A program made the position numbers and the translations under genes. Below, piece by piece: positions 11,372 to 24,472 of a DNA stretch of 64,000 nt. Numbering within the stretch: the first letter of the stretch is position 1; every line of letters starts with the position of its first letter. The notes under the pieces are model-generated. The model was not told where the DNA came from and ran no database searches. It saw only the letters and a list, made by a program, of their open reading frames with translations. This DNA comes from Octopus sinensis (taxonomy: Eukaryota), in NCBI RefSeq assembly GCF_006345805.1, contig NC_043008.1, forward strand, positions 62,496,001 through 62,560,000, read 5' to 3'.

Positions 11372-11854
11372 ATATTATATTAAATTAGAGATAAAAACCA
11401 CTATTAGGCAAATCAAACAATGAAAAACATAAGCCAATACATAAAATTAATTAATTTATATTATTTTAAATATATATCAAAAGTATTAAGAGTTTAATAA
11501 AAGATAAAGAGTAAAACACTACGATCGTTTCATGGCTGTACAATTCGTAATAATTCGAGTTATGGTTACAGTCAATCTTCAGGTTAATTGAAATATTTAT
11601 CTTAGCGAGATTTAGCTAAACCTCGCTAAGATAAATATTTCAATTAACCTGAAGATTGACTGTAACCATAACTCGAATTATTACGAATTGTACAGCCATG
11701 AAACGATCGTAGTGTTTTACTCTTTATCTTTTATTAAACTTTTAATACTTTTGATATATATTTAAAATATTATAAATTAATTAATTTTATGTATTGGCTT
11801 ATGTTTTTCATTGTTTGATTTGCCTAATAGTGGTTTTATCTCTAATTTAATATA

Positions 11855-11858
<4 letters not shown>
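11372..11858. repeat. Near-perfect ~487-bp palindrome (arms ~243 bp, no spacer), PLE-like, with a hammerhead-like motif in each arm
   Basis: Centre tttag|ctaaa at 11615/11616; only a few mismatches and indels between arms; plus strand 11649-11711 reads CTGAAGA...GAAAC-GATC-GTA; flanked by (TA)n. Confidence 0.9.
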
Positions 11859-11885
<27 letters not shown>

Positions 11886-11909
11886 GATATATATATATAT
11901 ATATATACA

Positions 11910-11912
11910 TAC

Positions 11913-11982
<70 letters not shown>

Positions 11983-11995
11983 CATACAGATAGAT
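11910..11995. repeat. (GATA)n microsatellite
   Basis: Direct reading. Confidence 0.95.
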
Positions 11996-12384
11996 AGGTA
12001 TAACAAAGGGAGATGGAATTCATTGCATCTGCAGTCGGTAGAAATGCACTTAATGTGTTTTCATTCACCACTGCTAAGATGAGAGTGTTCTCTCTCTGAA
12101 AAATATATATTTCAGCATTTCTATAAGAAATGTTACCTCTGGAGGAACACCACAATAAATTTTGCCTATCTTGAATTATGCATATTAATTGTGATACATA
12201 AATCTATTCTAAACTAATATTGCTTCTCCCATATAAAATGAATGCCATGATTGCCTCAGCTTGTCAGATGACAGCCATCTCATATTCAGCCTGACTATTC
12301 TGGTTTATAAAATGGATCGAGAAATGGAATGATAGTGAGACATCTGTATGTCACTAGATTTCAGTGGCATAAGCTTTTACAATA

Positions 12385-12805
12385 GGTGTAGATGTGGATG
12401 TGTGGTAAGAAGCTTGCTTCCCAACCACATGGTTCCGTGTTCAGTTCCACTGTGTGGCAACTTGGGTAAGTGTCTTCTACTATAGCCTCGGGCCGACCAA
12501 ACCCTCGTGAATGGATTTGGTAGACGGAAATGGAAAGAAGCTGTCATATATATGTATATATATATATATATGTATGTGTGTGTATATGTTTGTGTGTCTG
12601 TGTTTGTTCACTCCCACCAACATCACTTGACAAGCGATGCTGGTGTGTTTACGTCCCCGTAACTTAACGGTTTCACAAAAGAGACTGATAGAATAAGTAC
12701 TACGCTTACAAAGAATAAGTCCTGGGGTTGATTAGCTTGACTAAAGGCGGTGCTCCAGGATGGCCACAGTCAAATGACTGAAACAAGTAAAGGAGTAAAA
12801 GAGTA
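12385..12805 (+). mobile_element. tRNA-derived SINE family B, full length
   Basis: Head aggtgtagatgtggatgtgtggtaag...gttcagttccac, central (TA)n/(TG)n, tail gactgaaacaagtaaaggagtaaaagagta. Confidence 0.85.
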
Positions 12806-13064
12806 TACATACATATTCATACATACATACATACATACATACACTTTCTGCGTAGGCCTCTGAGCAGGTGTCACCATGACAACTTTCTTTGTCATTTTCA
12901 ATGCAACAATCACACGCTACACATCTTCCTTCCAAGCATTGCTGTTAGCTGCAGAGGCGAGTTAGAACGTCAAAACTTAATGCACATGCACAACAGAGCT
13001 GAAGGTCAATCTGTGCCAAGTAGCTACACTCTGCATGCTTTAACTTCTTTAAAAAAAATAAATA

Positions 13065-13615
13065 AATACACCCTTTTAAAACCTAGCTAGGCTCATGGGC
13101 CTGGTTTCCCGGTTTCTATGGAATATGTGTGCCCCAGCTGACAGGACGCCAGTCCATCACAGGGTTACTCATTTTTGCCAGCTGAGTGGACTGGAGCAAC
13201 ATGAAATGAAGTGTTTTGCTCAAAAACACAATGCGTCACCCAGTCCAGGATTTGAAACCACAATCTTACAATCATGATGCTGACACCCTAACCACTACGC
13301 CATGCACCTCTACTTTAACTTCTTAACTACAGTAATAGTCCGGATACTTATTGGTCACACCTCGTATATCATCAAGCCTTATGAGCCCTAGGCTCATAAG
13401 CCTGGTTTCCTAGATTCTGTGTTATATATGTTCCCCCTTGGAGAGGATGCTAGTTTATTGCAGAATTACTCAGTTTTGCCAGCTGAGTGAACTGGAGTAA
13501 CATGAAACGAAACGTGCTACTCAAGGAAGCAACACATCACCCACTCCAGGAATCGAAACCACAATCTTATGATCATGGGTGCACCACCCTAATCACTAAG
13601 CCACTCACCTTCGCC
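13065..13615 (-). mobile_element. Two tandem copies of SINE family C (13065-13310, 13375-13615)
   Basis: Both carry ttttgccagctgagt..actggag.aacatgaaa and end in a reversed tRNA-like head (gaaaccacaatctta...cctaa.cacta.gcca). Confidence 0.8.
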
Positions 13616-13679
13616 ATGTGTATCATGGAGCATTTAAATCAAATTTTAATACATTAATATGATGGAAATTAGCAGCTCT

Positions 13680-14500
13680 AAATTTATTCATTCAAATGCT
13701 CAGGACTCTGGTGCAAAGATCTGCCAAGAAGCTTGACAATATCTTCCTGTTCCTTTACTTGAAATAGCAATACTCTTTATTCTTACTTTAATAAAAGCTA
13801 TATCATTCTTCATTGCCAGATTCACCAAATCCCAGAGAACCTTACCATTAATTTAACAACACACTTATCATTGTGCGAAGCCATGGCAAAGTGACTTTGA
13901 TATCATCATTGGAAATTATATTTCATATTCCTTTATTGCATAATAAATATTTTCGAGGTAATAAATCAGAATATTACAGAACTTTATTCCTGGTATTGCT
14001 CTTGAAATAAATACTGTAAAATATCTCATTTAATGTTTGTTTGCTTCTATTTTTGAGTTTATTTATGTGAATGTCTAACTGAGATGGTTGTTAGGAATGA
14101 AGCAACTGGTTCGTAAAATTAACCATCCACTGCCAATCCTTGCTTCGCTAGGAATATACATGCCTCTCCATCATCTCCATATAAACACAGGAAATGGATG
14201 CTGCTTGGAACTACCATAATCTACCATAATCGTTATCATCATCACCATGATGGCGACGAGCGCCATTGCCATCACCATCACCATCACAAGCTCCACTGCA
14301 GCAATCACCGCATCTACCTGCAAAAACGACAACAACAATAACGACAAGCGGGATAATGAGTACTTACCAAATTTCTTCCAAGTAATGGCACTGATATCAA
14401 AAGAATGAGTTATGGAAAACATAATGGAATGCAATTGCCCCAAGTTAAAACAACATATCATATTGAAGCATCACGAGTTCATATTTCATTACTTCTGCGA
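13680..14500 (-). mobile_element. Decayed L1/Tx1-like reverse transcriptase remnant
   Basis: Minus frame with stops: INSKIEANK...RAIPGIKFCNILIYYLENIYYAIKE...SKGTGRYCQASWQIF, colinear with L1-clade RT motifs (KIxxKIIANK; AIPGRxIxxN; RGVRQGCPLS). Confidence 0.5.
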
Positions 14501-14639
14501 TGATTTATTCTAATAAAAGACATCATCATATTCCTGCTAACTGTGAGCAAATACGGTAAGTACCATTTAGTGAAGCAACTATCTCGACATTCATTTATAT
14601 ATATATATATATAATGTATTGTTATAAAATTTTGCCTAT

Positions 14640-14782
14640 GTTATCATCATCATCATCATCATCGCCATCGTCTTCATCATCATCATCATCATTGTCATCA
14701 TCATCCTCATCATCATTGTCAGCATGATCATCCTCATCATCATCATTGTCATGATCATCATCATCATTGTCATCATCATCAA

Positions 14783-14820
<38 letters not shown>

Positions 14821-15215
14821 CCATCATCATCATCGTCATCATCATCCTCATCATCGTCATCATCATCATAATCGTCATCATCATCATCATCATCATCATC
14901 ATTGTCATTATGATCATACTCATCATCATCTTCATCATCTTCATCATCAGCATCACCATCATCATTGTCATCATCATCGTTATCATCATCGTCTTCATTA
15001 TTATCATCATCATCATCGTCATTGTCGTTGTCATCATGATCATAATCATCATCGTCTTTATCATTGTTGTCTTCATCATCATTGTCGTCTTCGTCATAAT
15101 TGTCATTGTCATCACCGTCATCATTGTCATCATCATCATCATCATCATCATTGTCATCGTCATCATCATCATCATCGTTGCTGTCATCGTTGTCATCATC
15201 ATCATCATCATCATC
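14640..15215. repeat. Imperfect (CAT)n microsatellite
   Basis: Direct reading; source of the poly-Met and poly-Ile ORFs 14636..15283 and 14724..15356. Confidence 0.95.
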
Positions 15216-15479
15216 AAGTGTGTGTGTGTGTTTGTGTGTGCACGTGTGTGTTTGTGTGTGTGTGCATGTTTGTGTGTGTACATGAATTATATTTGTGTTT
15301 GCATTTGTTTCCTATTGCCACTTGAAACCAGAGTTGGTTTGTCTATGTTCAAGTAACTTAGCAGTACAACATAAAGAGAGTGATAGAATAATTACCAAGC
15401 TAAAAAGAAAAAAACAAATCCTGGGACCCATTTGTTTGTATTAACCCTTCAAAGGCAGTGCTCCAACATTTGTTTCTTT

Positions 15480-15785
15480 TGTTTGTTCCTTCTCGAGCCA
15501 TGCCTGGCTCATAAGGGCTGGTTTATCGGTTTCCTTGGTGTATAGGTTCCCCACATGGATCAGACCCCAGTCTGTCGCAGGTGAGCTGCAAGATGCAGGA
15601 GGAAAGAGTGAGAGAAAGTTGTGGCAAAAGACTCAGCAGAAGTTTGCCATTACCTCCTGCCGGAGCCGCGTGGAGCTTAGGTGTTTCGCTCATAAACACA
15701 CACATTGCTCAGTCTGAGATTCGAACCCGTGATCCCTCGACCATGTGTCTACTGCTCTAACCACTGGGCCATGTGCCTCCACAGT
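15480..15785 (-). mobile_element. tRNA-derived SINE (family C-related)
   Basis: Ends in the reversed tRNA-like head gagattcgaacccgtgatccctcgacc...ctctaaccactgggccatgtgcctcc. Confidence 0.7.
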
Positions 15786-15904
15786 GTTCCAACATGGCTG
15801 CAGTTCAATGATTGAAACAAGTAAAAGAATAAAAGGTTAAAAGAAAATAGACTATGTTTGCTGGTGCTTTATGTGTTAATGTACACCACAAAATTCATTA
15901 AAGA

Positions 15905-16390
15905 GTCATCATCATCACCATCATCGTCATCATTGTCAACATCATCATCGTCGTCGTCGTCATCATCGTCAACATCATCATCATCATTGTCATCGTCATC
16001 ATTGTCGACATCATCATCATCGTTGTTGTCGTCGTCATCATCATCATCGTCATCAATGTCATCATCATCAAAATTGTCATCACCATCATCCTCGTCATTG
16101 TCATCGTCATCCTCCTCCTCCTCCTCATTATCATCATCATCGTCGTCATCATCATCATCATCCTCATCCTCGTTGTCGTCATCGTCATCATCTTCATCAT
16201 CATCATCATCATTATTGTCGTCGTCGCCGTCATCATCATCATCGCTTTCCTCTTCATCATTGTTGTATTTGTACCCGTTGTCATAGTCGTTGTTGTCGTC
16301 ATCATTGTTCATCCTCATCACCATCATCATCACCGTCATCTTCATTGTCCTCATCACTGTCATCATCATCATCACCATTATCATCATCAG
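15905..16390. repeat. Imperfect (CAT/CGT)n microsatellite
   Basis: Direct reading; source of the poly-Ser and poly-Asp ORFs. Confidence 0.95.
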
Positions 16391-16419
16391 TAGCAGCAGC
16401 AGTTTTAAATCATTTGTTC

Positions 16420-16750
16420 AATGATAACTAGCATTCTGTCAGCTACAACGATGCAGGTTCCAGTGGCTCTGATGAATAGACAGCCTGCACGTGAAATTAA
16501 CGTGCAAGTGGCTGAGCACTCCACAGACATGTGCACCCTTAACATAGTTCTCAGGGAGAGTCAGCATGATACAGAATGTGACAAGGTTGGCCCTTTGAAT
16601 TACAGGTACAATTCATTTTTGCTAGCTGAGTGGACTGGAGCACCCCAAAATAAAGTGTCTTGCTGAAGGACACAGCACATTGCTGGGAATTGAACTCACG
16701 ACCTTACGATTGTGAACTGAATATCCTAGCCACAAAGCCATGAGCTTTTG
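16420..16750 (-). mobile_element. tRNA-derived SINE sharing the family C central domain
   Basis: ttttgctagctgagtggactggagca...aagtgtcttgctgaaggacac, then a reversed head gaattgaactcacgacc...tagccacaaagcca. Confidence 0.7.
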
Positions 16751-16894
16751 CTGCTTGATGCTACAGGTGTGGGGTAAGTGTTCTGAGTCAGTATTTCGTA
16801 CCAAGTACCCTTCCCTTTTGTCACACCCTTTTAGTTACCTCTTATGACTTGTAGAAATGTAATGTATGTGTTCTAAATTGAAACACATATGATG

Positions 16895-17006
16895 TACAGT
16901 TCTATATTTCAAGGATGAGGAATTATGTACATTATTTACATTATTTATATTTGATGGATATTTGTCCTCACCTTGTTTGTTGTTAAAACAACATTATGGC
17001 TGATAT
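16895..17006 (-). mobile_element. Isolated 3' tail of the hammerhead-tailed SINE, truncated inside the ribozyme
   Basis: Reverse complement of 36800-36910; the match stops at ggctgatat within stem II. Confidence 0.75.
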
Positions 17007-17007
17007 G

Positions 17008-17210
17008 ATAATAATAATAATAATAAATCACAGCACATACCCAAGGCACACAGAGTTGCGCTCGGTAGTGAAGTGAAAGCACGCTATAAAAATAAAACTA
17101 CTGAATAATAATAATAATAATAATAATAAGGTACTGAAACCTATTTGAAAATGATACCAGGCTTACCATACCTACAGGATGTGCAAAAAATTGTGTTAAC
17201 TGGAATGACT
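17008..17210 (+). mobile_element. Short (AAT)n-flanked tail (17027-17103) and an R4/Dong-like C-terminal coding scrap (17130-17210)
   Basis: GTETYLKMIPGLPYLQDVQKIVLTG is nearly the same as TEIYLKMILGLPPMKEMQKTVLTS in ORF 53841..54224. Confidence 0.6.
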
Positions 17211-17214
17211 CCTA

Positions 17215-17630
17215 TTATTCTTTTATTCATTTCAGTCATTTGACTGCAGCCATGCTGGAGCACCATCTTAAAGGGTTTTTTTCGTCAAAGATATTGACCC
17301 AAGTAAGCCTAACAATTGGTCTCTTTTGTTGACCCTCTAAGTTACGAAGATGTAAACAAACAAACATCAGTTGTCAAGCAATGGTGGGGGACAAACACAG
17401 ATACACATACACACACATAAATATATGCATACACATACACACACACACACATATATATATATTATATATGATGGGCTTCTTTCAGTTTCTGTCTAACAAA
17501 TTCATTCACAAGGCTTTGGTCAGCCTGAGGGTATAATAGAAGACACTTGTCCGAGGTGCTACACAGTGGGACTGAACCTAGAACCATGTGGCTGCGAAGC
17601 AAGCTTCTTACCACACAGTCACACTTGTAT
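17215..17630 (-). mobile_element. SINE family B, full length
   Basis: Reverse complement of 50020-50435. Confidence 0.8.
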
Positions 17631-17984
17631 CTATGTGTAGTAGTTTTCTTTTCATAACACCAGTCTTTTTTGACCAGACCTCAAAGATACTTAATACAAG
17701 CACTCCCAAACTAATATCCAGGAATGTTTAATATGTAAAATTTGTATATCCAATAATGTTGTGCTGTTATCTTTAGTAGTTATGCAAGCAATGAGTTCAT
17801 GGATGATTAATAGGTTGGATGGGTACTGATAAAAGAGGGAAAAAGCCCAGAAATCTGTCATATAAACCAATTACCCGTTTTTCATCTTCAATCTCATAGT
17901 TCATTTACATCTAGCATCTCAGATATGAAATATCATTACAAAATCAGTGCTGGCTTTAATTTCTATAAAAAAATCTGTAGAGAT

Positions 17985-18147
17985 TGGCACAGGAGTGGCT
18001 GTGTGGTAAGTAGCTTGCTTACCAACCACATGGTTCTGGGTTCAGTCCCACAGCATTGCACCTTGGGCAAGTGTCTTCTACTATAGCATCGGGCTGACCA
18101 AAGCCTTGTGAATGGATTTGGTAGACGGAAACTAAAAGAAGCCGATC

Positions 18148-18184
<37 letters not shown>

Positions 18185-19029
18185 CAAGACCAGTGAGAAC
18201 AATCAAAATCAAATCATATATCAGAAAGCAGGGGTTAAGTGACCCATCCGTTCGTGTCCGCTGTCAGCCTCGTCTGGCACCCGTGCCGGTGATACGTAAA
18301 AGCACCATTCGCTTGTGGCCGTTTGCCAGCTCTGCCTGGCCCCCGTGTCGGTGGCATGTAAAAGCACCATCCGTTCATGTTCGTTGCCAGCCTCGCCTGG
18401 CCCCGTGCCGGTGACACGTAAAAGCACTGTCCGTTCGTGGCCGTTTGCCAGCTCTGTCTGGCCCCGTGTCGGTGGCACGTAAAAGCACCATCTGTTCGTG
18501 TCCGTTGCCAGCCTCGGCTGGCCCCCGTGCCAGTGACACGTAAAAGCACCGTCCGTTCGTGGCCGTTTGCCAGCTCTGTCTGGCAACCGTGTCGGTGGCA
18601 CGTAAAAGCACCATCCGTTCGCGTTCCGTCGCCAGCCTCGGCTGGCCCCCGTGCCGGTGACACGTGAAAGCACCGTCCGTTCGTGGCCGTTTGCCAGCTC
18701 TGTCTGGCCCCGTGTTGGTGGCACGTAAAAGCACCATCCGTTCGTGTCCGTTGCCAGCATCGCCTGGCCCCGTGCCGGTGACACGTAAAAGCACCATCCG
18801 TTCGTGGCCGTTCGCCAGCTCTGTCTGGCACCTGTGCAGGTGGCACGTAAAAAACACCCACTACACTCACGGAGTGGTTGGCATTAGGAAGGGCATCCAG
18901 CCGTAGAAACACTGCCAGATATGACTGGGCCTGACGAAGCCTTCCAGCTTCACAGACCCCAGTTGACCCGTCCAACCCATGCTAGCATGGAAAGCGGACG
19001 CTAAATGATGATGATATATATAATATATA

Positions 19030-19070
<41 letters not shown>

Positions 19071-19290
19071 TGTTTGTGTGTCTGTGTTTGCCCCCCCCCC
19101 CCAACATCCCTTGACAACCAATGGTGCTGTGTTTATGTCCCCGTAACTTAGCGGTTCAGCAAATAAGACCGATAGAACAAGTACTAGGCTTACAAAGAAT
19201 AAGTCCTGGGGTCAATTTGCTTGACTAAATGTGGTACTCCAGCATGGCTGCAGTCAAATGACTGAAACAAGTAAAAGAGAGTAAAAGAAA
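17985..19290 (+). mobile_element. SINE family B split at its central (TA)n (halves 17985-18180 and 19040-19290) by a (GAT)n-tailed element (about 18225-19015)
   Basis: The 5' half ends at gaagccgatcg(TA)n and the 3' half resumes at (TG)n tttgtgtctgtgtttgcccc. Confidence 0.8.
18241..18860 (+). repeat. GC-rich minisatellite, 10 x ~61 bp with alternating A/B units
   Basis: Ten cgtaaaagcacc-type anchors spaced ~61 bp apart; A units have gtgtccgttgccagcctcg and B units gtggccgtttgccagctctg. Confidence 0.95.
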
Positions 19291-19869
19291 GATAAACTTA
19301 ATAAGTGATGTTAGAGCACTGCTAACACAGTAGAACATGGTATTGACTTTTAAAGATGTTTAATATACTTTGTGGTATATTATGGTTACGTAACGAAATA
19401 CCATGTCCCTACATTACATTAAAATTAATATCAATGCAGCAAATATAAATATCCATTTAAAAATTTTTCTGGGTAACATTTTGCAAGAAAAGCATTTGCT
19501 GGGAAGGAACCAGAATATCAGGTCCTGCAATTATACCTTGCATAATAGCACCAAAGAAAGAATATATGAAGACTGCGAAAGAACAAAATGAAAATTTGAA
19601 AAAAAAACCAATTCAAAAATGCTAAAAGATGATGATATAAAATATAGCTTTATAAATGCTATTTTCATAATGTAATATTTTCATAACATAACCGAGGAGA
19701 ATATCTCATTACAGGAATAAATAACACCCATGTTGATATTAAATATAATACAAACTTTTATTAGTAAACCTGTCTATCAAAAGCTGTGTAACAAAATTGT
19801 CAACAAAAACTGAAAACAGAGATAAGAAATCACCAGTCAATTATAGATGAAAAACAATTTAAAAGAGAG

Positions 19870-20257
19870 GAAATGTGTGTGTGCGTGTGTGTGAGCGTGT
19901 GTATGTGTGTATGTATACATACATGTATATATATGTATATACATGTACCTCTGTATATATATATATGTATATACATGTACCTCTGTATATATATATATAT
20001 GTATATATGTGTGTATACATATGCCTGTATATATACATACACACACACACATATATATATATATATACATACACATATATACATACACACACACACACAT
20101 ATATATAAATTGTTAAATATGAAAAATATATGTAAAGTCAATGTTTTATTTTTATACATGTGTGTGTGTGTATGTGTATATATATATATATACACATGCA
20201 CACTCATGCAGCGTGTGTGCATATACACACACACACACACACATATATATATGTATG

Positions 20258-20309
<52 letters not shown>

Positions 20310-20368
20310 TATGTATATATATATATATATATTATATATATATATATATAATATATATATATATATAG

Positions 20369-20395
<27 letters not shown>
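19870..20395. repeat. Compound (TG)/(TA)/(CA)/(TATG) microsatellite
   Basis: Direct reading. Confidence 0.95.
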
Positions 20396-20399
<4 letters not shown>

Positions 20400-20889
20400 T
20401 TGTCAAATTCTGTGAAACAATATGTAAACTTAATATCTGATATGTCTATGTGCATGGGTATATGTGTGTGCGTGTCTAATTTATGCCTGTATAAAACATC
20501 ATATGCATCTTAATTAGGAAGTCATGTAGGTCTAACCTTATTAAATGAATGAAATATTAAAAAGCCAAAGCATATTTCAGATACATGACAAAATAAAAAA
20601 AAAAAGAAAAGCTGATTGATGGCCAATATAAATATCTGTTGATGAATGTGAAGACAGCTTCAGAATTTTTGCGATATTTTCTTCAGAAATTTTATATCAT
20701 ATTGGAGGCTCTCATGTGTACTGTTTGAAATATTGTCATACTTTACAAAGTAGGAAAGAGGAAATTAATTAGCAGACCTACCAACACTTACATTTGTTGA
20801 GATAGTGTAGCAAAAAATTTGTTAGATATGTATTTGTGCAATGATTCTGATTTACATATATGTGTGCTTACGTACATGCACATATACAT

Positions 20890-21103
20890 ACATATTCTTT
20901 TATTCTTTTACCTGTTTCAGTCATTTGACTGCAGTCATGCTGGAGCACCGTATTTAGTCTAGCAAATCGTCCCCAGGACTTATTCTTTTTAAGCCTAGTA
21001 CTTATTCTATCGGTCTTATTTACCGAATTGCTAAGTTACGGGAATGTAAACACACCGGCATTGGTTGTCAAGCGATGTTGGTGGGACAAACAAAGACTCA
21101 CAA

Positions 21104-21184
<81 letters not shown>

Positions 21185-21300
21185 CATTCGACGGACTTCT
21201 TTCAGTTTCCATCTACCAAATCCACTCACAAGGCTTTGGTAGGCCCGAGGCTATAGTAGAATACACTTGCCCAAGGTGCCACACAGTGGGACTGAACCCA
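20890..21300 (-). mobile_element. SINE family B lacking the 5' head
   Basis: Reverse complement of the family B body and tail. Confidence 0.8.
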
Positions 21301-22499
21301 GGCTGTAACAGCATTTACTTGCAGTCTTCCATGAAAGCATATATGGGCTTCTTCACGTGTTATGCTTTGTAAAATGTAGACTTGTTTGTAGAGTATTGTT
21401 TGCTTTCCTGTATTTGGAAATTAGTGGGCTTTGATACCTGGAAGGCTATCTGGACATAGAAATCTCTACTGTTACATACTTCTGTCTGAGCCAGGCAAGC
21501 ATGGAAAGGTAAATATTAAAATGATGATAATGATGAGGTGGAGGAGGAGGCAGTAATTATGGTGATAACGTTGATTGTTATATGCATGTCGTTGTCTGTA
21601 AGTGTGCATGTGTGTGTGTAGTAATTTTTTAATAATAAGTCTGTTATTGGAAAATGATGATATAGAAGGGTCTTAATTTCTTTTTCTGTTTTTTTAATGG
21701 TTTAGCTCACTTCATCGTTGTTTCTGAGCATGCATTATTTGATCTGAATAGAAATTATGATCATACTGTATCATTCAGCTACTACGCCATAATTACTACA
21801 AGTCAGATTATATACAAAAATAGTCTAAAATCTGTATCTTTATATGTTATCAGACCATGAGATAAATAGGCTTTGCTAGGTTTAAAATGTTCACAACTGG
21901 CTATAATGTCTTGACAAGGTCCTTATGATACCAGTACGATTCAAGGGCCCAAGAAAAGAATAACTTATAATTTTGGTATCTACAAAGTGAAATACCCTGT
22001 GACAACAACCATCAGCATATGACCCCTTTTTGAAAAGAGCTACTTGACTGAAAAGTTTACTTCTGAATCATACAGTTTCAGGGCCATTATCCTTGATGGC
22101 ACATTGAGCAAGTGTCTTCCATTATAGCCCTGGGATGAACAAAGTGCTTTGAGTGAATTTGGTAGACAAAAACAGATAAAAGCTCATTGTATATATGCGT
22201 GTTGTGTTTGTGTATATGTGTGTGTGTGGGTGAGCTTCCTTGCCTTGCTATTACATCTTAATTGTAAACATGACAATATTTTTGTAAAAGCAGTGTTATT
22301 TATTTCCAATTTTCCTGTAATGGAGAAATATTGGAAGTAAATGAGTGTTGGCAGCAGGAAGGGCATACAGCCATAGAAAATCTACCTCAACAAATTTTAT
22401 CATACCCCAGGCAAGCATAGAAAATAGACCTTAAAATGATGTTGATAAGGATGATGATGTTGAAGACCAGAAACATACAAATGCTGTTGAACTTACCTG

Positions 22500-23360
22500 A
22501 ATGATCAACAATATTTGCATTTTTTGTAAGATTCCATCTAATATGGTATAAATATTTTTGGCATGTCTTGACATTAAACAGAACATGTCCAGGAATATAA
22601 GAAATATTCTTTCATTCAATCCACGCTTCCAATTGCGTTGCTTCACTTACATTCATCCGTTCATATCCTTCAACTTATTGAGTATTTTTTTCTCATTCTA
22701 CCCAGCACTATGTCTTCAATTATATATCAGTGTTGCACATTATTTGCTTTCTTCTGTTTTCCTCAACTCTTGATTCCCTTTTAACACTTTTCCTACTTGT
22801 TGGAGCATAAATATGTCTTACTCTTTCTATTTTACCATTTTTTTTTGCTTTTCATTTCATATTTTATTCTTCGTTCATAAATGATTTTTCATTCAAGTAC
22901 ATATTTTATGGAATTGCATTCAATATATTTTTTTCAGTACATATTTCATTCAATGTTCTATATTTTTCTTTTCGTAGATATTTCATTCAAACAGCCATTC
23001 TTTCATACAGGGGAGAAATTTCTGATCTGTCAAAAATATTGCAGCACCCTGAAAACATCCGAACAATGATGAATGATTTCTTCCGGGTAAAGGTGAATTT
23101 CTTTTACCACAATTCTGTCATTAAGTTTGCAGTTCCAGTCATGCTCCCTAATAAAATCAATACTATTTTTCAAAATGGTCAAAACATGTTCAGAATTGTC
23201 TCTCAGATTTGCCAGAAACAAAAATATTTCTCACTGAATTTTTTATGCTATATATTTTTTTATATTCTAAGCCCATATTTATTCTTACATAACTTTTTAA
23301 TGCTACTGCCATTAAATATGGACGATCTCAGCATTCAGCATTCTAAATTCACAATTTAAA
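22500..23360 (-). mobile_element. Decayed L1/Tx1-like ORF2 remnant (end of APE endonuclease and linker)
   Basis: Minus frames give KLNDRIVV...HHCSDVFRV, AIFLTDQKFLPCMKEW and KKILNKLKDMNG, colinear with the L1-clade SRxDRIY...SDH, LLxDxxF..IKxFW and KKxIxxLxxxNG segments; many stops and frameshifts. Confidence 0.4.
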
Positions 23361-24472
23361 GAATGGGAACACATAAAAACATATTTATTGCATAGAAACG
23401 TGCATATTATACAGCATATCATTCATGAATCATTCTGACTACTTTTCTGACTGGTTAGAGTTGGGTTACTGCTAGGATTTGCATATCGGTTTTGGATTGT
23501 TACAAACAATAACAGTCAGTGCATGAGGTCTACCAGCTATGATAAATTACTTGATATATATATAAAAAATGAAGATGCAGCAAAAGAATTACAGAAATAA
23601 GTTGAATAAATAAACCAATTAATAAATAATATGATTACATAAAAAAAATGTTCTTTTAAATTGTAAATTCAACACACTAAACTCTGTGAAAGCCTAAATA
23701 GGATAATATCCAGTTCGTCAACAATTAAGCCTTAATTAGCTTAGAAACTGTTGACCTATGATCAAAGGTGTTCCAGCTGTGACCACTGTTCATTTTAGAC
23801 ATGTGGATCACACCACATATAGAAACATTAAGTCAAAGTAATTTGATTTGAAGGAGATTTGTTTGCTATTTTCTTATCAGTAGAACTGTACAGAGATGTC
23901 TCTCTCTAAATTTATAAATGGTTCAGTATAGGCTTTCTATTTAAGGGGAAACAATCTTTGCTTTTTTCAAAGAAGGAGAAACAAGGGTACTTAATCACCA
24001 TCTTCCAGCAATAGGGTTAAAGTTGTTTGATTGACTGAATTACCTGCTCCTGAATTAAAGAGTAAGAAGCTGAGTATTTCACACACATGTATGCTGTTAA
24101 TGTAATATTCAGCATGATGAAGTGTGTGATAAGCTACATTTTATGAATTATGTGTACAATCAATCTAATAGGCTTCTATATTGTTTCCATCTATCCAGTT
24201 TTCATCAATCCAGTTTCACGCACAAGCTGAGGATGCAGAAAATTACATTTGCCCAAGATGCCAAACAATGCAATCAAACCCTATAATTTGTAGTTGTGAA
24301 GAGAATTTCTTAAGTATTCGACCATAGTCTGCTTAGTTGAAGAACGTAAAGGTGAAATTTAAAAAGCTAAAATGTTCCCAGAGTACAAAGCAAAATTCCC
24401 CATCATGTGATGTGAGAATGCACCTCTTGAAGGAGGTGTCACAAAAGAGAAAGTTATATATTTTCTTAATAT

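Noticed and set aside
14636-16387. ORFs over 200 aa (poly-Met, Ile, Ser, Asp)
   Set aside because: These are (CAT)n-type repeats, which lack stops in several frames.
18241-18860. CRISPR-like appearance of regularly spaced repeats
   Set aside because: Units are contiguous tandem copies without unique spacers, in eukaryotic context with no cas genes.
18915-18935. CTGACGA motif in the (GAT)n-tailed element
   Set aside because: No properly placed stem II, GAAA or NUH, and not conserved in other copies.
18221-18975. 246-, 187- and 160-aa repetitive ORFs
   Set aside because: By-products of a GC-rich minisatellite, open in several frames at once; no domain recognised.
22431-22646. Minus ORF ending at a CAG|GTAAGT donor-like site
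   Set aside because: Embedded in a frameshifted L1-like remnant, with no clean acceptor or recognisable protein.
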